From positions 806,001 through 870,000 of the forward strand of contig CAXKVF010000077.1 of NCBI GenBank assembly GCA_964057225.1: DNA of 64,000 nucleotides. The letters are read 5' to 3'. Both the position numbers and the translations under genes were made by a program. This stretch comes from Auanema rhodensis (Eukaryota > Animalia > Nematoda). Shown here piece after piece: positions 12,601 to 26,572 of this stretch. The notes below the pieces were generated by a model. The model worked only from the letters and a program-made list of their open reading frames with translations. It ran no database searches and was not told where the DNA came from. How positions within the stretch are numbered: the stretch's first letter is position 1; every line of letters starts with the position of its first letter.

Positions 12601-14782
12601 TTTTTAGACTAATATGGACATGGGGAATCTAATTTTGAAAACCGCATCTCTTTATCTTTCACGTGAAGCGAGTTACATACCAAGTGCACATCACGTGTAC
12701 ATTTAATTAGCATAAATTAAAGTTCACGTAAATTTCAAAGTCATGGTTACCATGCACCAATATCAATAAAAAATTGTTTTTAGACTAATATGGACATGGG
12801 GAATCTAATTTTGAAAACCGCATCTCTTTATCTTTCACGTGAAGCGAGTTACATACCAAGTGCACATCACGTGTACATTTAATTAGCATAAATTAAAGTT
12901 CACGTAAATTTCAAAGTCATGGTTACCATGCACCAATATCAATAAAAATTTGTTTTTAGACTAATATGGACATGGGGAATCTAATTTTGAAAACCGCATC
13001 TCTTTATCTTTCACGTGAAGCGAGTTACATACCAAGTGCACATCACGTGTACATTTAATTAGCATAAATTAAAGTTCACGTAAATTTCAAAGTCATGGTT
13101 ACCATGAAGCAATATCAATAAAAATTTGTTTTTAGACTAATATGGACATGGGGAATCTAATTTTGAAAACCGCATCTCTTTATCTTTCACGTGAAGCGAA
13201 TTACATACCAAGTGCACATCACGTGTACATTTAATTAGCATAAATTAAAGTTCACGTAAATTTCAAAGTCATGGTTACCATGAAGCAATATCAATAAAAA
13301 TTTGTTTTTAGACTAATATGGACATGGGGAATCTAATTTTGAAAACCGCATCTCTTTATCTTTCACGTGAAGCGAGTTACATACCAAGTGCACATCACGT
13401 GTACATTTAATTAGCATAAATTAAAGTTCACGTAAATTTCAAAGTCATGGTTACCATGAACCAATAACAATAAAAATTTGTTTTTAGACTAATATGGACA
13501 TGGGGAATCTAATTTTGAAAACCGCATCTCTTTATCTTTCACGTGAAGCGAATTACATACCAAGTGCACATCACGTGTACATTTAATTAGCATAAATTAA
13601 AGTTCACGTAAATTTCAAAGTCATGGTTACCATGCACCAATATCAATAAAAATTTGTTTTTAGACTAATATGGACATGGGGAATCTAATTTTGAAAACCG
13701 CATCTCTTTATCTTTCACGTGAAGCGAGTTACATACCAAGTGCACATCACGTGTACATTTAATTAGCATAAATTAAAGTTCACGTAAATTTCAAAGTCAT
13801 GGTTACCATGAACCAATATCAATAAAAATTTGTTTTTAGACTAATATGGACATGGGGAATCTAATTTCGAAAACCGCATCTCTTTATCTTTCACGTGAAG
13901 CGAGTTACATACCAAGTGCACATCACGTGTACATTTAATTAGCATAAATTAAAGTTCACGTAAATTTCAAAGTCATGGTTACCATGCACCAATATCAATA
14001 AAAATTTGTTTTTAGACTAATATGGACATGGGGAATCTAATTTTGAAAACCGCATCTCTTTATCTTTCACGTGAAGCGAGTTACATACCAAGTGCACATC
14101 ACGTGTACATTTAATTAGCATAAATTAAAGTTCACGTAAATTTCAAAGTCATGGTTACCATGCACCAATATCAATAAAAATTTGTTTTTAGACTAATATG
14201 GACATGGGGAATCTAATTTTGAAAACCGCATCTCTTTATCTTTCACGTGAAGCGAGTTACATACCAAGTGCACATCACGTGTACATTTAATTACCATAAA
14301 TTAAAGTTCACGTAAATTTCAAAGTCATGGTTACCATGAACCAATATCAATAAAAATTTGTTTTTAGACTAATATGGACATGGGGAATCTAATTTTGAAA
14401 ACCGCATCTCTTTATCTTTCACGTGAAGCGAGTTACATACCAAGTGCACATCACGTGTACATTTAATTAGCATAAATTAAAGTTCACGTAAATTTCAAAG
14501 TCATGGTTACCATGAACCAATATCAATAAAAATTTGTTTTTAGACTAATATGGACATGGGGAATCTAATTTTGAAAACCGCATCTCTTTATCTTTCACGT
14601 GAAGCGAGTTACATACCAAGTGCACATCACGTGTACATTTAATTAGCATAAATTAAAGTTCACGTAAATTTCAAAGTCATGGTTACCATGCACCAATATC
14701 AATAAAAATTTGTTTTTAGACTAATATGGACATGGGGAATCTAATTTTGAAAACCGCATCTCTTTATCTTTCACGTGAAGCG

Positions 14783-15484
14783 AGTTACATACCAAGTGCA
14801 CATCACGTGTACATTTAATTAGCATAAATTAAAGTTCACGTAAATTTCAAAGTCATGGTTACCATGAAGCAATATCATTAAAAGTTGTTTTTAGACTAAT
14901 ATGGACATGGGGAATCTAATTTTGAAAACCGCATCTCTTTATCTTTCACGTGAAGCGAATTACATACCAAGTGCACATCACGTGTACATTTAATTAGCAT
15001 AAATTAAAGTTCACGTAAATTTCAAAGTCATGGTTACCATGAAGCAATATCAATAAAAATTTGTTTTTAGACTAATATGGACATGGGGAATCTAATTTTG
15101 AAAACCGCATCTCTTTATCTTTCACGTGAAGCGAGTTACATACCAAGTGCACATCACGTGTACATTTAATTAGCATAAATTAAAGTTCACGTAAATTTCA
15201 AAGTCATGGTTACCATGAAGCAATATCATTAAAAGTTGTTTTTAGACTAATATGGACATGGGGAATCTAATTTTGAAAACCGCATCTCTTTATCTTTCAC
15301 GTGAAGCGAATTACATACCAAGTGCACATCACGTGTACATTTAATTAGCATAAATTAAAGTTCACGTAAATTTCAAAGTCATGGTTACCATGAAGCAATA
15401 TCAATAAAAATTTGTTTTTAGACTAATATGGACATGGGGAATCTAATTTTGAAAACCGCATCTCTTTATCTTTCACGTGAAGCG
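14783..15484. repeat. 2-monomer (351 bp) tandem duplication containing the 175-bp deletion monomer
   Basis: The ATTAAAAGTT deletion variant at 14877 and 15228 is each time followed by an m2A monomer of type CATGAAGC. Confidence 0.85.
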
Positions 15485-15836
15485 AGTTACATACCAAGTG
15501 CACATCACGTGTACATTTAATTAGCATAAATTAAAGTTCACGTAAATTTCAAAGTCATGGTTACCATGAACCAATATCAATAAAAATTTGTTTTTAGACT
15601 AATATGGACATGGGGAATCTAATTTTGAAAACCGCATCTCTTTATCTTTCACGTGAAGCGAATTACATACCAAGTGCACATCACGTGTACATTTAATTAG
15701 CATAAATTAAAGTTCACGTAAATTTCAAAGTCATGGTTACCATGCACCAATATCAATAAAAATTTGTTTTTAGACTAATATGGACATGGGGAATCTAATT
15801 TTGAAAACCGCATCTCTTTATCTTTCACGTGAAGCG

Positions 15837-18800
15837 AGTTACATACCAAGTGCACATCACGTGTACATTTAATTAGCATAAATTAAAGTTCACGTAAATT
15901 TCAAAGTCATGGTTACCATGAACCAATATCAATAAAAATTTGTTTTTAGACTAATATGGACATGGGGAATCTAATTTTGAAAACCGCATCTCTTTATCTT
16001 TCACGTGAAGCGAGTTACATACCAAGTGCACATCACGTGTACATTTAATTAGCATAAATTAAAGTTCACGTAAATTTCAAAGTCATGGTTACCATGCACC
16101 AATATCAATAAAAATTTGTTTTTAGACTAATATGGACATGGGGAATCTAATTTTGAAAACCGCATCTCTTTATCTTTCACGTGAAGCGAGTTACATACCA
16201 AGTGCACATCACGTGTACATTTAATTAGCATAAATTAAAGTTCACGTAAATTTCAAAGTCATGGTTACCATGCACCAATATCAATAAAAATTTGTTTTTA
16301 GACTAATATGGACATGGGGAATCTAATTTTGAAAACCGCATCTCTTTATCTTTCACGTGAAGCGAGTTACATACCAAGTGCACATCACGTGTACATTTAA
16401 TTAGCATAAATTAAAGTTCACGTAAATTTCAAAGTCATGGTTACCATGAACCAATATCAATAAAAATTTGTTTTTAGACTAATATGGACATGGGGAATCT
16501 AATTTTGAAAACCGCATCTCTTTATCTTTCACGTGAAGCGAGTTACATACCAAGTGCACATCACGTGTACATTTAATTAGCATAAATTAAAGTTCACGTA
16601 AATTTCAAAGTCATGGTTACCATGAACCAATATCAATAAAAATTTGTTTTTAGACTAATATGGACATGGGGAATCTAATTTTGAAAACCGCATCTCTTTA
16701 TCTTTCACGTGAAGCGAGTTACATACCAAGTGCACATCACGTGTACATTTAATTAGCATAAATTAAAGTTCACGTAAATTTCAAAGTCATGGTTACCATG
16801 CACCAATATCAATAAAAAATTGTTTTTAGACTAATATGGACATGGGGAATCTAATTTTGCAAACCGCATCTCTTTATCTTTCACGTGAAGCGAGTTACAT
16901 ACCAAGTGCACATCACGTGTACATTTAATTAGCATAAATTAAAGTTCACGTAAATTTCAAAGTCATGGTTACCATGAACCAATATCAATAAAAATTTGTT
17001 TTTAGACTAATATGGACATGGGGAATCTAATTTTGAAAACCGCATCTTTTTATCTTTCACGTGAAGCGAGTTACATACCGAGTGCACATCACGTGTACAT
17101 TTAATTAGCATAAATTAAAGTTCACGTAAATTTCAAAGTCATGTTTACCATGAACCAATATCAATAAAAATTTGTTTTTAGACTAATATGGACATGGGGA
17201 ATCTAATTTTGAAAACCGCATCTCTTTATCTTTCACGTGAAGCGAGTTACATACCAAGTGCACATCACGTGTACATTTAATTAGCATAAATTAAAGTTCA
17301 CGTAAATTTCAAAGTCATGGTTACCATGAACCAATATCAATAAAAATTTGTTTTTAGACTAATATGGACATGGGGAATCTAATTTTGAAAACCGCATCTC
17401 TTTATCTTTCACGTGAAGCGAGTTACATACCAAGTGCACATCACGTGTACATTTAATTAGCATAAATTAAAGTTCACGTAAATTTCAAAGTCATGGTTAC
17501 CATGCACCAATATCAATAAAAAATTGTTTTTAGACTAATATGGACATGGGGAATCTAATTTTGAAAACCGCATCTCTTTATCTTTCACGTGAAGCGAGTT
17601 ACATACCAAGTGCACATCACGTGTACATTTAATTAGCATAAATTAAAGTTCACGTAAATTTCAAAGTCATGGTTACCATGCACCAATATCAATAAAAATT
17701 TGTTTTTAGACTAATATGGACATGGGGAATCTAATTTTGAAAACCGCATCTCTTTATCTTTCACGTGAAGCGAGTTACATACCAAGTGCACATCACGTGT
17801 ACATTTAATTAGCATAAATTAAAGTTCACGTAAATTTCAAAGTCATGGTTACCATGCACCAATATCAATAAAAAATTGTTTTTAGACTAATATGGACATG
17901 GGGAATCTAATTTTGCAAACCGCATCTCTTTATCTTTCACGTGAAGCGAGTTACATACCAAGTGCACATCACGTGTACATTTAATTAGCATAAATTAAAG
18001 TTCACGTAAATTTCAAAGTCATGGTTACCATGAACCAATATCAATAAAAATTTGTTTTTAGACTAATATGGACATGGGGAATCTAATTTTGAAAACCGCA
18101 TCTCTTTATCATTCACGTGAAGCGAGTTACATACCAAGTGCACATCACGTGTACATTTAATTAGCATAAATTAAAGTTCACGTAAATTTCAAAGTCATGG
18201 TTACCATGAACCAATATCAATAAAAATTTGTTTTTAGACTAATATGGACATGGGGAATCTAATTTTGAAAACCGCATCTCTTTATCTTTCACGTGAAGCG
18301 AGTTACATACCAAGTGCACATCACGTGTACATTTAATTAGCATAAATTAAAGTTCACGTAAATTTCAAAGTCATGGTTACCATGCACCAATATCAATAAA
18401 AATTTGTTTTTAGACTAATATGGACATGGGGAATCTAATTTTGAAAACCGCATCTCTTTATCTTTCACGTGAAGCGAGTTACATACCAAGTGCACATCAC
18501 GTGTACATTTAATTAGCATAAATTAAAGTTCACGTAAATTTCAAAGTCATGGTTACCATGCACCAATATCAATAAAAATTTGTTTTTAGACTAATATGGA
18601 CATGGGGAATCTAATTTTGAAAACCGCATCTCTTTATCTTTCACGTGAAGCGAGTTACATACCAAGTGCACATCACGTGTACATTTAATTAGCATAAATT
18701 AAAGTTCACGTAAATTTCAAAGTCATGGTTACCATGAACCAATATCAATAAAAATTTGTTTTTAGACTAATATGGACATGGGGAATCTAATTTTGAAAAC

Positions 18801-21116
18801 CGCATCTCTTTATCTTTCACGTGAAGCGAGTTACATACCAAGTGCACATCACGTGTACATTTAATTAGCATAAATTAAAGTTCACGTAAATTTCAAAGTC
18901 ATGGTTACCATGAACCAATATCAATAAAAATTTGTTTTTAGACTAATATGGACATGGGGAATCTAATTTTGAAAACCGCATCTCTTTATCTTTCACGTGA
19001 AGCGAGTTACATACCAAGTGCACATCACGTGTACATTTAATTAGCATAAATTAAAGTTCACGTAAATTTCAAAGTCATGGTTACCATGCACCAATATCAA
19101 TAAAAAATTGTTTTTAGACTAATATGGACATGGGGAATCTAAATTTGCAAACCGCATCTCTTTATCTTTCACGTGAAGCGAGTTACATACCAAGTGCACA
19201 TCACGTGTACATTTAATTAGCATAAATTAAAGTTCACGTAAATTTCAAAGTCATGGTTACCATGAACCAATATCAATAAAAATTTGTTTTTAGACTAATA
19301 TGGACATGGGGAATCTAATTTTGAAAACCGCATCTTTTTATCTTTCACGTGAAGCGAGTTACATACCGAGTGCACATCACGTGTACATTTAATTAGCATA
19401 AATTAAAGTTCACGTAAATTTCAAAGTCATGTTTACCATGAACCAATATCAATAAAAATTTGTTTTTAGACTAATATGGACATGGGGAATCTAATTTTGA
19501 AAACCGCATCTCTTTATCTTTCACGTGAAGCGAGTTACATACCAAGTGCACATCACGTGTACATTTAATTAGCATAAATTAAAGTTCACGTAAATTTCAA
19601 AGTCATGGTTACCATGAACCAATATCAATAAAAATTTGTTTTTAGACTAATATGGACATGGGGAATCTAATTTTGAAAACCGCATCTCTTTATCTTTCAC
19701 GTGAAGCGAGTTACATACCAAGTGCACATCACGTGTACATTTAATTAGCATAAATTAAAGTTCACGTAAATTTCAAAGTCATGGTTACCATGCACCAATA
19801 TCAATAAAAAATTGTTTTTAGACTAATATGGACATGGGGAATCTAATTTTGAAAACCGCATCTCTTTATCTTTCACGTGAAGCGAGTTACATACCAAGTG
19901 CACATCACGTGTACATTTAATTAGCATAAATTAAAGTTCACGTAAATTTCAAAGTCATGGTTACCATGCACCAATATCAATAAAAATTTGTTTTTAGACT
20001 AATATGGACATGGGGAATCTAATTTTGAAAACCGCATCTCTTTATCTTTCACGTGAAGCGAGTTACATACCAAGTGCACATCACGTGTACATTTAATTAG
20101 CATAAATTAAAGTTCACGTAAATTTCAAAGTCATGGTTACCATGCACCAATATCAATAAAAAATTGTTTTTAGACTAATATGGACATGGGGAATCTAATT
20201 TTGCAAACCGCATCTCTTTATCTTTCACGTGAAGCGAGTTACATACCAAGTGCACATCACGTGTACATTTAATTAGCATAAATTAAAGTTCACGTAAATT
20301 TCAAAGTCATGGTTACCATGAACCAATATCAATAAAAATTTGTTTTTAGACTAATATGGACATGGGGAATCTAATTTTAAAAACCGCATCTTTTTATCTT
20401 TCACGTGAAGCGAGTTACATACCGAGTGCACATCACGTGTACATTTAATTAGCATAAATTAAAGTTCACGTAAATTTCAAAGTCATGTTTACCATGAACC
20501 AATATCAATAAAAATTTGTTTTTAGACTAATATGGACATGGGGAATCTAATTTTGAAAACCGCATCTCTTTATCTTTCACGTGAAGCGAGTTACATACCA
20601 AGTGCACATCACGTGTACATTTAATTAGCATAAATTAAAGTTCACGTAAATTTCAAAGTCATGGTTACCATGAACCAATATCAATAAAAATTTGTTTTTA
20701 GACTAATATGGACATGAAGAATCTAATTTTGAAAACCGCATCTCTTTATCTTTCACGTGAAGCGAGTTACATACCAAGTGCACATCACGTGTACATTTAA
20801 TTAGCATAAATTAAAGTTCACGTAAATTTCAAAGTCATGGTTACCATGCACCAATATCAATAAAAAATTGTTTTTAGACTAATATGGACATGGGGAATCT
20901 AATTTTGAAAACCGCATCTCTTTATCTTTCACGTGAAGCGAGTTACATACCAAGTGCACATCACGTGTACATTTAATTAGCATAAATTAAAGTTCACGTA
21001 AATTTCAAAGTCATGGTTACCATGCACCAATATCAATAAAAATTTGTTTTTAGACTAATATGGACATGGGGAATCTAATTTTGAAAACCGCATCTCTTTA
21101 TCTTTCACGTGAAGCG
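15837..21116. repeat. 13-monomer (2288 bp) tandem duplication 15837-18124 and 18125-20412, overlapping a 6-monomer tandem duplication 19005-20060 and 20061-21116
   Basis: m12G+m76T monomers start at 17069, 19357 and 20413; m103A+m144C monomers at 16717, 17773, 19005 and 20061; type order is conserved. Confidence 0.8.
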
Positions 21117-24100
21117 AGTTACATACCAAGTGCACATCACGTGTACATTTAATTAGCATAAATTAAAGTTCACGTAAATTTCAAAGTCATGGTTACCATG
21201 AAGCAATATCAATAAAAATTTGTTTTTAGACTAATATGGACATGAGGAATCTAATTTTGAAAACCGCATCTCTTTATCTTTCACGTGAAGCGAATTACAT
21301 ACCAAGTGCACATCACGTGTACATTTAATTAGCATAAATTAAAGTTCACGTAAATTTCAAAGTCATGGTTACCATGAAGCAATATCAATAAAAATTTGTT
21401 TTTAGACTAATATGGACATGGGGAATCTAATTTTGAAAACCGCATCTCTTTATCTTTCACGTGAAGCGAGTTACATACCAAGTGCACATCACGTGTACAT
21501 TTAATTAGCATAAATTAAAGTTCACGTAAATTTCAAAGTCATGGTTACCATGAACCAATAACAATAAAAATTTGTTTTTAGACTAATATGGACATGGGGA
21601 ATCTAATTTTGAAAACCGCATCTCTTTATCTTTCACGTGAAGCGAATTACATACCAAGTGCACATCACGTGTACATTTAATTAGCATAAATTAAAGTTCA
21701 CGTAAATTTCAAAGTCATGGTTACCATGCACCAATATCAATAAAAATTTGTTTTTAGACTAATATGGACATGGGGAATCTAATTTTGAAAACCGCATCTC
21801 TTTATCTTTCACGTGAAGCGAGTTACATACCAAGTGCACATCACGTGTACATTTAATTAGCATAAATTAAAGTTCACGTAAATTTCAAAGTCATGGTTAC
21901 CATGAACCAATATCAATAAAAATTTGTTTTTAGACTAATATGGACATGGGGAATCTAATTTCGAAAACCGCATCTCTTTATCTTTCACGTGAAGCGAGTT
22001 ACATACCAAGTGCACATCACGTGTACATTTAATTAGCATAAATTAAAGTTCACGTAAATTTCAAAGTCATGGTTACCATGCACCAATATCAATAAAAATT
22101 TGTTTTTAGACTAATATGGACATGGGGAATCTAATTTTGAAAACCGCATCTCTTTATCTTTCACGTGAAGCGAGTTACATACCAAGTGCACATCACGTGT
22201 ACATTTAATTAGCATAAATTAAAGTTCACGTAAATTTCAAAGTCATGGTTACCATGCACCAATATCAATAAAAATTTGTTTTTAGACTAATATGGACATG
22301 GGGAATCTAATTTTGAAAACCGCATCTCTTTATCTTTCACGTGAAGCGAGTTACATACCAAGTGCACATCACGTGTACATTTAATTACCATAAATTAAAG
22401 TTCACGTAAATTTCAAAGTCATGGTTACCATGAACCAATATCAATAAAAATTTGTTTTTAGACTAATATGGACATGGGGAATCTAATTTTGAAAACCGCA
22501 TCTCTTTATCTTTCACGTGAAGCGAGTTACATACCAAGTGCACATCACGTGTACATTTAATTAGCATAAATTAAAGTTCACGTAAATTTCAAAGTCATGG
22601 TTACCATGCACCAATATCAATAAAAATTTGTTTTTAGACTAATATGGACATGGGGAATCTAATTTTGAAAACCGCATCTCTTTATCTTTCACGTGAAGCG
22701 AGTTACATACCAAGTGCACATCACGTGTACATTTAATTAGCATAAATTAAAGTTCACGTAAATTTCAAAGTCATGGTTACCATGAACCAATATCAATAAA
22801 AATTTGTTTTTAGACTAATATGGACATGGGAAATCTAATTTTGAAAACCGCATCTCTTTATCTTTCACGTGAAGCGAATTACATACCAAGTGCACATCAC
22901 GTGTACATTTAATTAGCATAAATTAAAGTTCACGTAAATTTCAAAGTCATGGTTACCATGAACCAATATCAATAAAAATTTGTTTTTAGACTAATATGGA
23001 CATGGGGAATCTAATTTTGAAAACCGCATCTCTTTATCTTTCACGTGAAGCGAGTTACATACCAAGTGCACATCACGTGTACATTTAATTAGCATAAATT
23101 AAAGTTCACGTAAATTTCAAAGTCATGGTTACCATGCACCAATATCAATAAAAATTTGTTTTTAGACTAATATGGACATGGGGAATATAATTTTGAAAAC
23201 CGCATCTCTTTATCTTTCACGTGAAGCGAATTACATACCAAGTGCACATCACGTGTACATTTAATTAGCATAAATTAAAGTTCACGTAAATTTCAAAGTC
23301 ATGGTTACCATGAACCAATATCAATAAAAATTTGTTTTTAGACTAATATGGACATGGGGAATCTAATTTTGAAAACCGCATCTCTTTATCTTTCACGTGA
23401 AGCGAGTTACATACCAAGTGCACATCACGTGTACATTTAATTAGCATAAATTAAAGTTCACGTAAATTTCAAAGTCATGGTTACCATGCACCAATATCAA
23501 TAAAAATTTGTTTTTAGACTAATATGGACATGGGGAATCTAATTTTGAAAACCGCATCTCTTTATCTTTCACGTGAAGCGAGTTACATACCAAGTGCACA
23601 TCACGTGTACATTTAATTAGCATAAATTAAAGTTCACGTAAATTTCAAAGTCATGGTTACCATGCACCAATATCAATAAAAATTTGTTTTTAGACTAATA
23701 TGGACATGGGGAATCTAATTTTGAAAACCGCATCTCTTTATCTTTCACGTGAAGCGAGTTACATACCAAGTGCACATCACGTGTACATTTAATTAGCATA
23801 AATTAAAGTTCACGTAAATTTCAAAGTCATGGTTACCATGAACCAATATCAATAAAAATTTGTTTTTAAACTAATATGGACATGGGGAATCTAATTTTGA
23901 AAACCGCATCTCTTTATCTTTCACGTGAAGCGAGTTACATACCAAGTGCACATCACGTGTACATTTAATTAGCATAAATTAAAGTTCACGTAAATTTCAA
24001 AGTCATGGTTACCATGCACCAATATCAATAAAAATTTGTTTTTAGACTAATATGGACATGGGGAATCTAATTTTGAAAACCGCATCTCTTTATCTTTTAC

Positions 24101-26572
24101 GTGAAGCGAGTTACATACCAAGTGCACATCACGTGTACATTTAATTAGCATAAATTAAAGTTCACGTAAATTTCAAAGTCATGGTTACCATGAACCAATA
24201 TCAATAAAAATTTGTTTTTAGACTAATATGGACATGGGGAATCTAATTTTGAAAACCGCATCTCTTTATCTTTCACGTGAAGCGAGTTACATACCAAGTG
24301 CACATCACGTGTACATTTAATTAGCATAAATTAAAGTTCACGTAAATTTCAAAGTCATGGTTACCATGAACCAATATCAATAAAAATTTGTTTTTAGACT
24401 AATATGGACATGGGGAATCTAATTTTGAAAACCGCATCTCTTTATCTTTCACGTGAAGCAAGTTACATACCAAGTGCACATCACGTGTACATTTAATTAG
24501 CATAAATTAAAGTTCACGTAAATTTCAAAGTCATGGTTACCATGAAGCAATATCAATAAAAATTTGTTTTTAGACTAATATGGACATGGGGAATCTAATT
24601 TTGAAAACCGCATCTTTTTATCTTTCACGTGAAGCGAATTACATACCAAGTGCACATCACGTGTACATTTAATTAGCATAAATTAAAGTTCACGTAAATT
24701 TCAAAGTCATGGTTACCATGAACCAATATCAATAAAAATTTGTTTTTAGACTAATATGGACATGGGGAATCTAATTTTGAAAACCGCATCTCTTTATCTT
24801 TCACGTGAAGCGAGTTACATACCAAGTGCACATCACGTGTACATTTAATTAGCATAAATTAAAGTTCACGTAAATTTCAAAGTCATGGTTACCATGCACC
24901 AATATCAATAAAAATTTGTTTTTAGACTAATATGGACATGGGGAATCTAATTTTGAAAACCGCATCTCTTTATCTTTCACGTGAAGCGAGTTACATACCA
25001 AGTGCACATCACGTGTACATTTAATTAGCATAAATTAAAGTTCACGTAAATTTCAAAGTCATGGTTACCATGAACCAATATCAATAAAAATTTGTTTTTA
25101 AACTAATATGGACATGGGGAATCTAATTTTGAAAACCGCATCTCTTTATCTTTCACGTGAAGCGAGTTACATACCAAGTGCACATCACGTGTACATTTAA
25201 TTAGCATAAATTAAAGTTCACGTAAATTTCAAAGTCATGGTTACCATGCACCAATATCAATAAAAATTTGTTTTTAGACTAATATGGACATGGGGAATCT
25301 AATTTTGAAAACCGCATCTCTTTATCTTTTACGTGAAGCGAGTTACATACCAAGTGCACATCACGTGTACATTTAATTAGCATAAATTAAAGTTCACGTA
25401 AATTTCAAAGTCATGGTTACCATGAACCAATATCAATAAAAATTTGTTTTTAGACTAATATGGACATGGGGAATCTAATTTTGAAAACCGCATCTCTTTA
25501 TCTTTCACGTGAAGCGAGTTACATACCAAGTGCACATCACGTGTACATTTAATTACCATAAATTAAAGTTCACGTAAATTTCAAAGTCATGGTTACCATG
25601 AACCAATATCAATAAAAATTTGTTTTTAGACTAATATGGACATGGGGAATCTAATTTTGAAAACCGCATCTCTTTATCTTTCACGTGAAGCGAGTTACAT
25701 ACCAAGTGCACATCACGTGTACATTTAATTAGCATAAATTAAAGTTCACGTAAATTTCAAAGTCATGGTTACCATGAACCAATATCAATAAAAATTTGTT
25801 TTTAGACTAATATGGACATGGGGAATCTAATTTTGAAAACCGCATCTCTTTATCTTTCACGTGAAGCGAGTTACATACCAAGTGCACATCACGTGTACAT
25901 TTAATTAGCATAAATTAAAGTTCACGTAAATTTCAAAGTCATGGTTACCATGAAGCAATATCAATAAAAATTTGTTTTTAGACTAATATGGACATGGGGA
26001 ATCTAATTTTGAAAACCGCATCTCTTTATCTTTCACGTGAAGCGAGTTACATACCAAGTGCACATCACGTGTACATTTAATTAGCATAAATTAAAGTTCA
26101 CGTAAATTTCAAAGTCATGGTTACCATGAAGCAATATCAATAAAAATTTGTTTTTAGACTAATATGGACATGGGGAATCTAAGTTTGAAAACCGCATCTC
26201 TTTATCTTTCACGTGAAGCGAGTTACATACCAAGTGCACATCACGTGTACATTTAATTAGCATAAATTAAAGTTCACGTAAATTTCAAAGTCATGGTTAC
26301 CATGAACCAATATCAATAAAAATTTGTTTTTAGACTAATATGGACATGGGGAATCTAATTTTGAAAACCGCATCTCTTTATCTTTCACGTGAAGCGAGTT
26401 ACATACCAAGTGCACATCACGTGTACATTTAATTAGCATAAATTAAAGTTCACGTAAATTTCAAAGTCATGGTTACCATGCACCAATATCAATAAAAATT
26501 TGTTTTTAGACTAATATGGACATGGGGAATCTAATTTTGAAAACCGCATCTCTTTATCTTTCACGTGAAGCG

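Larger units (their letters stand above)
11967..22524. repeat. 14-monomer block 11967-14430 repeated at 20061-22524 (offset 46 monomers)
   Basis: Shared ordered markers m103A+m144C, m156T, m12G+m76T, m103A, m2A, m93A, m2A, m142C and m40C. Confidence 0.85.
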
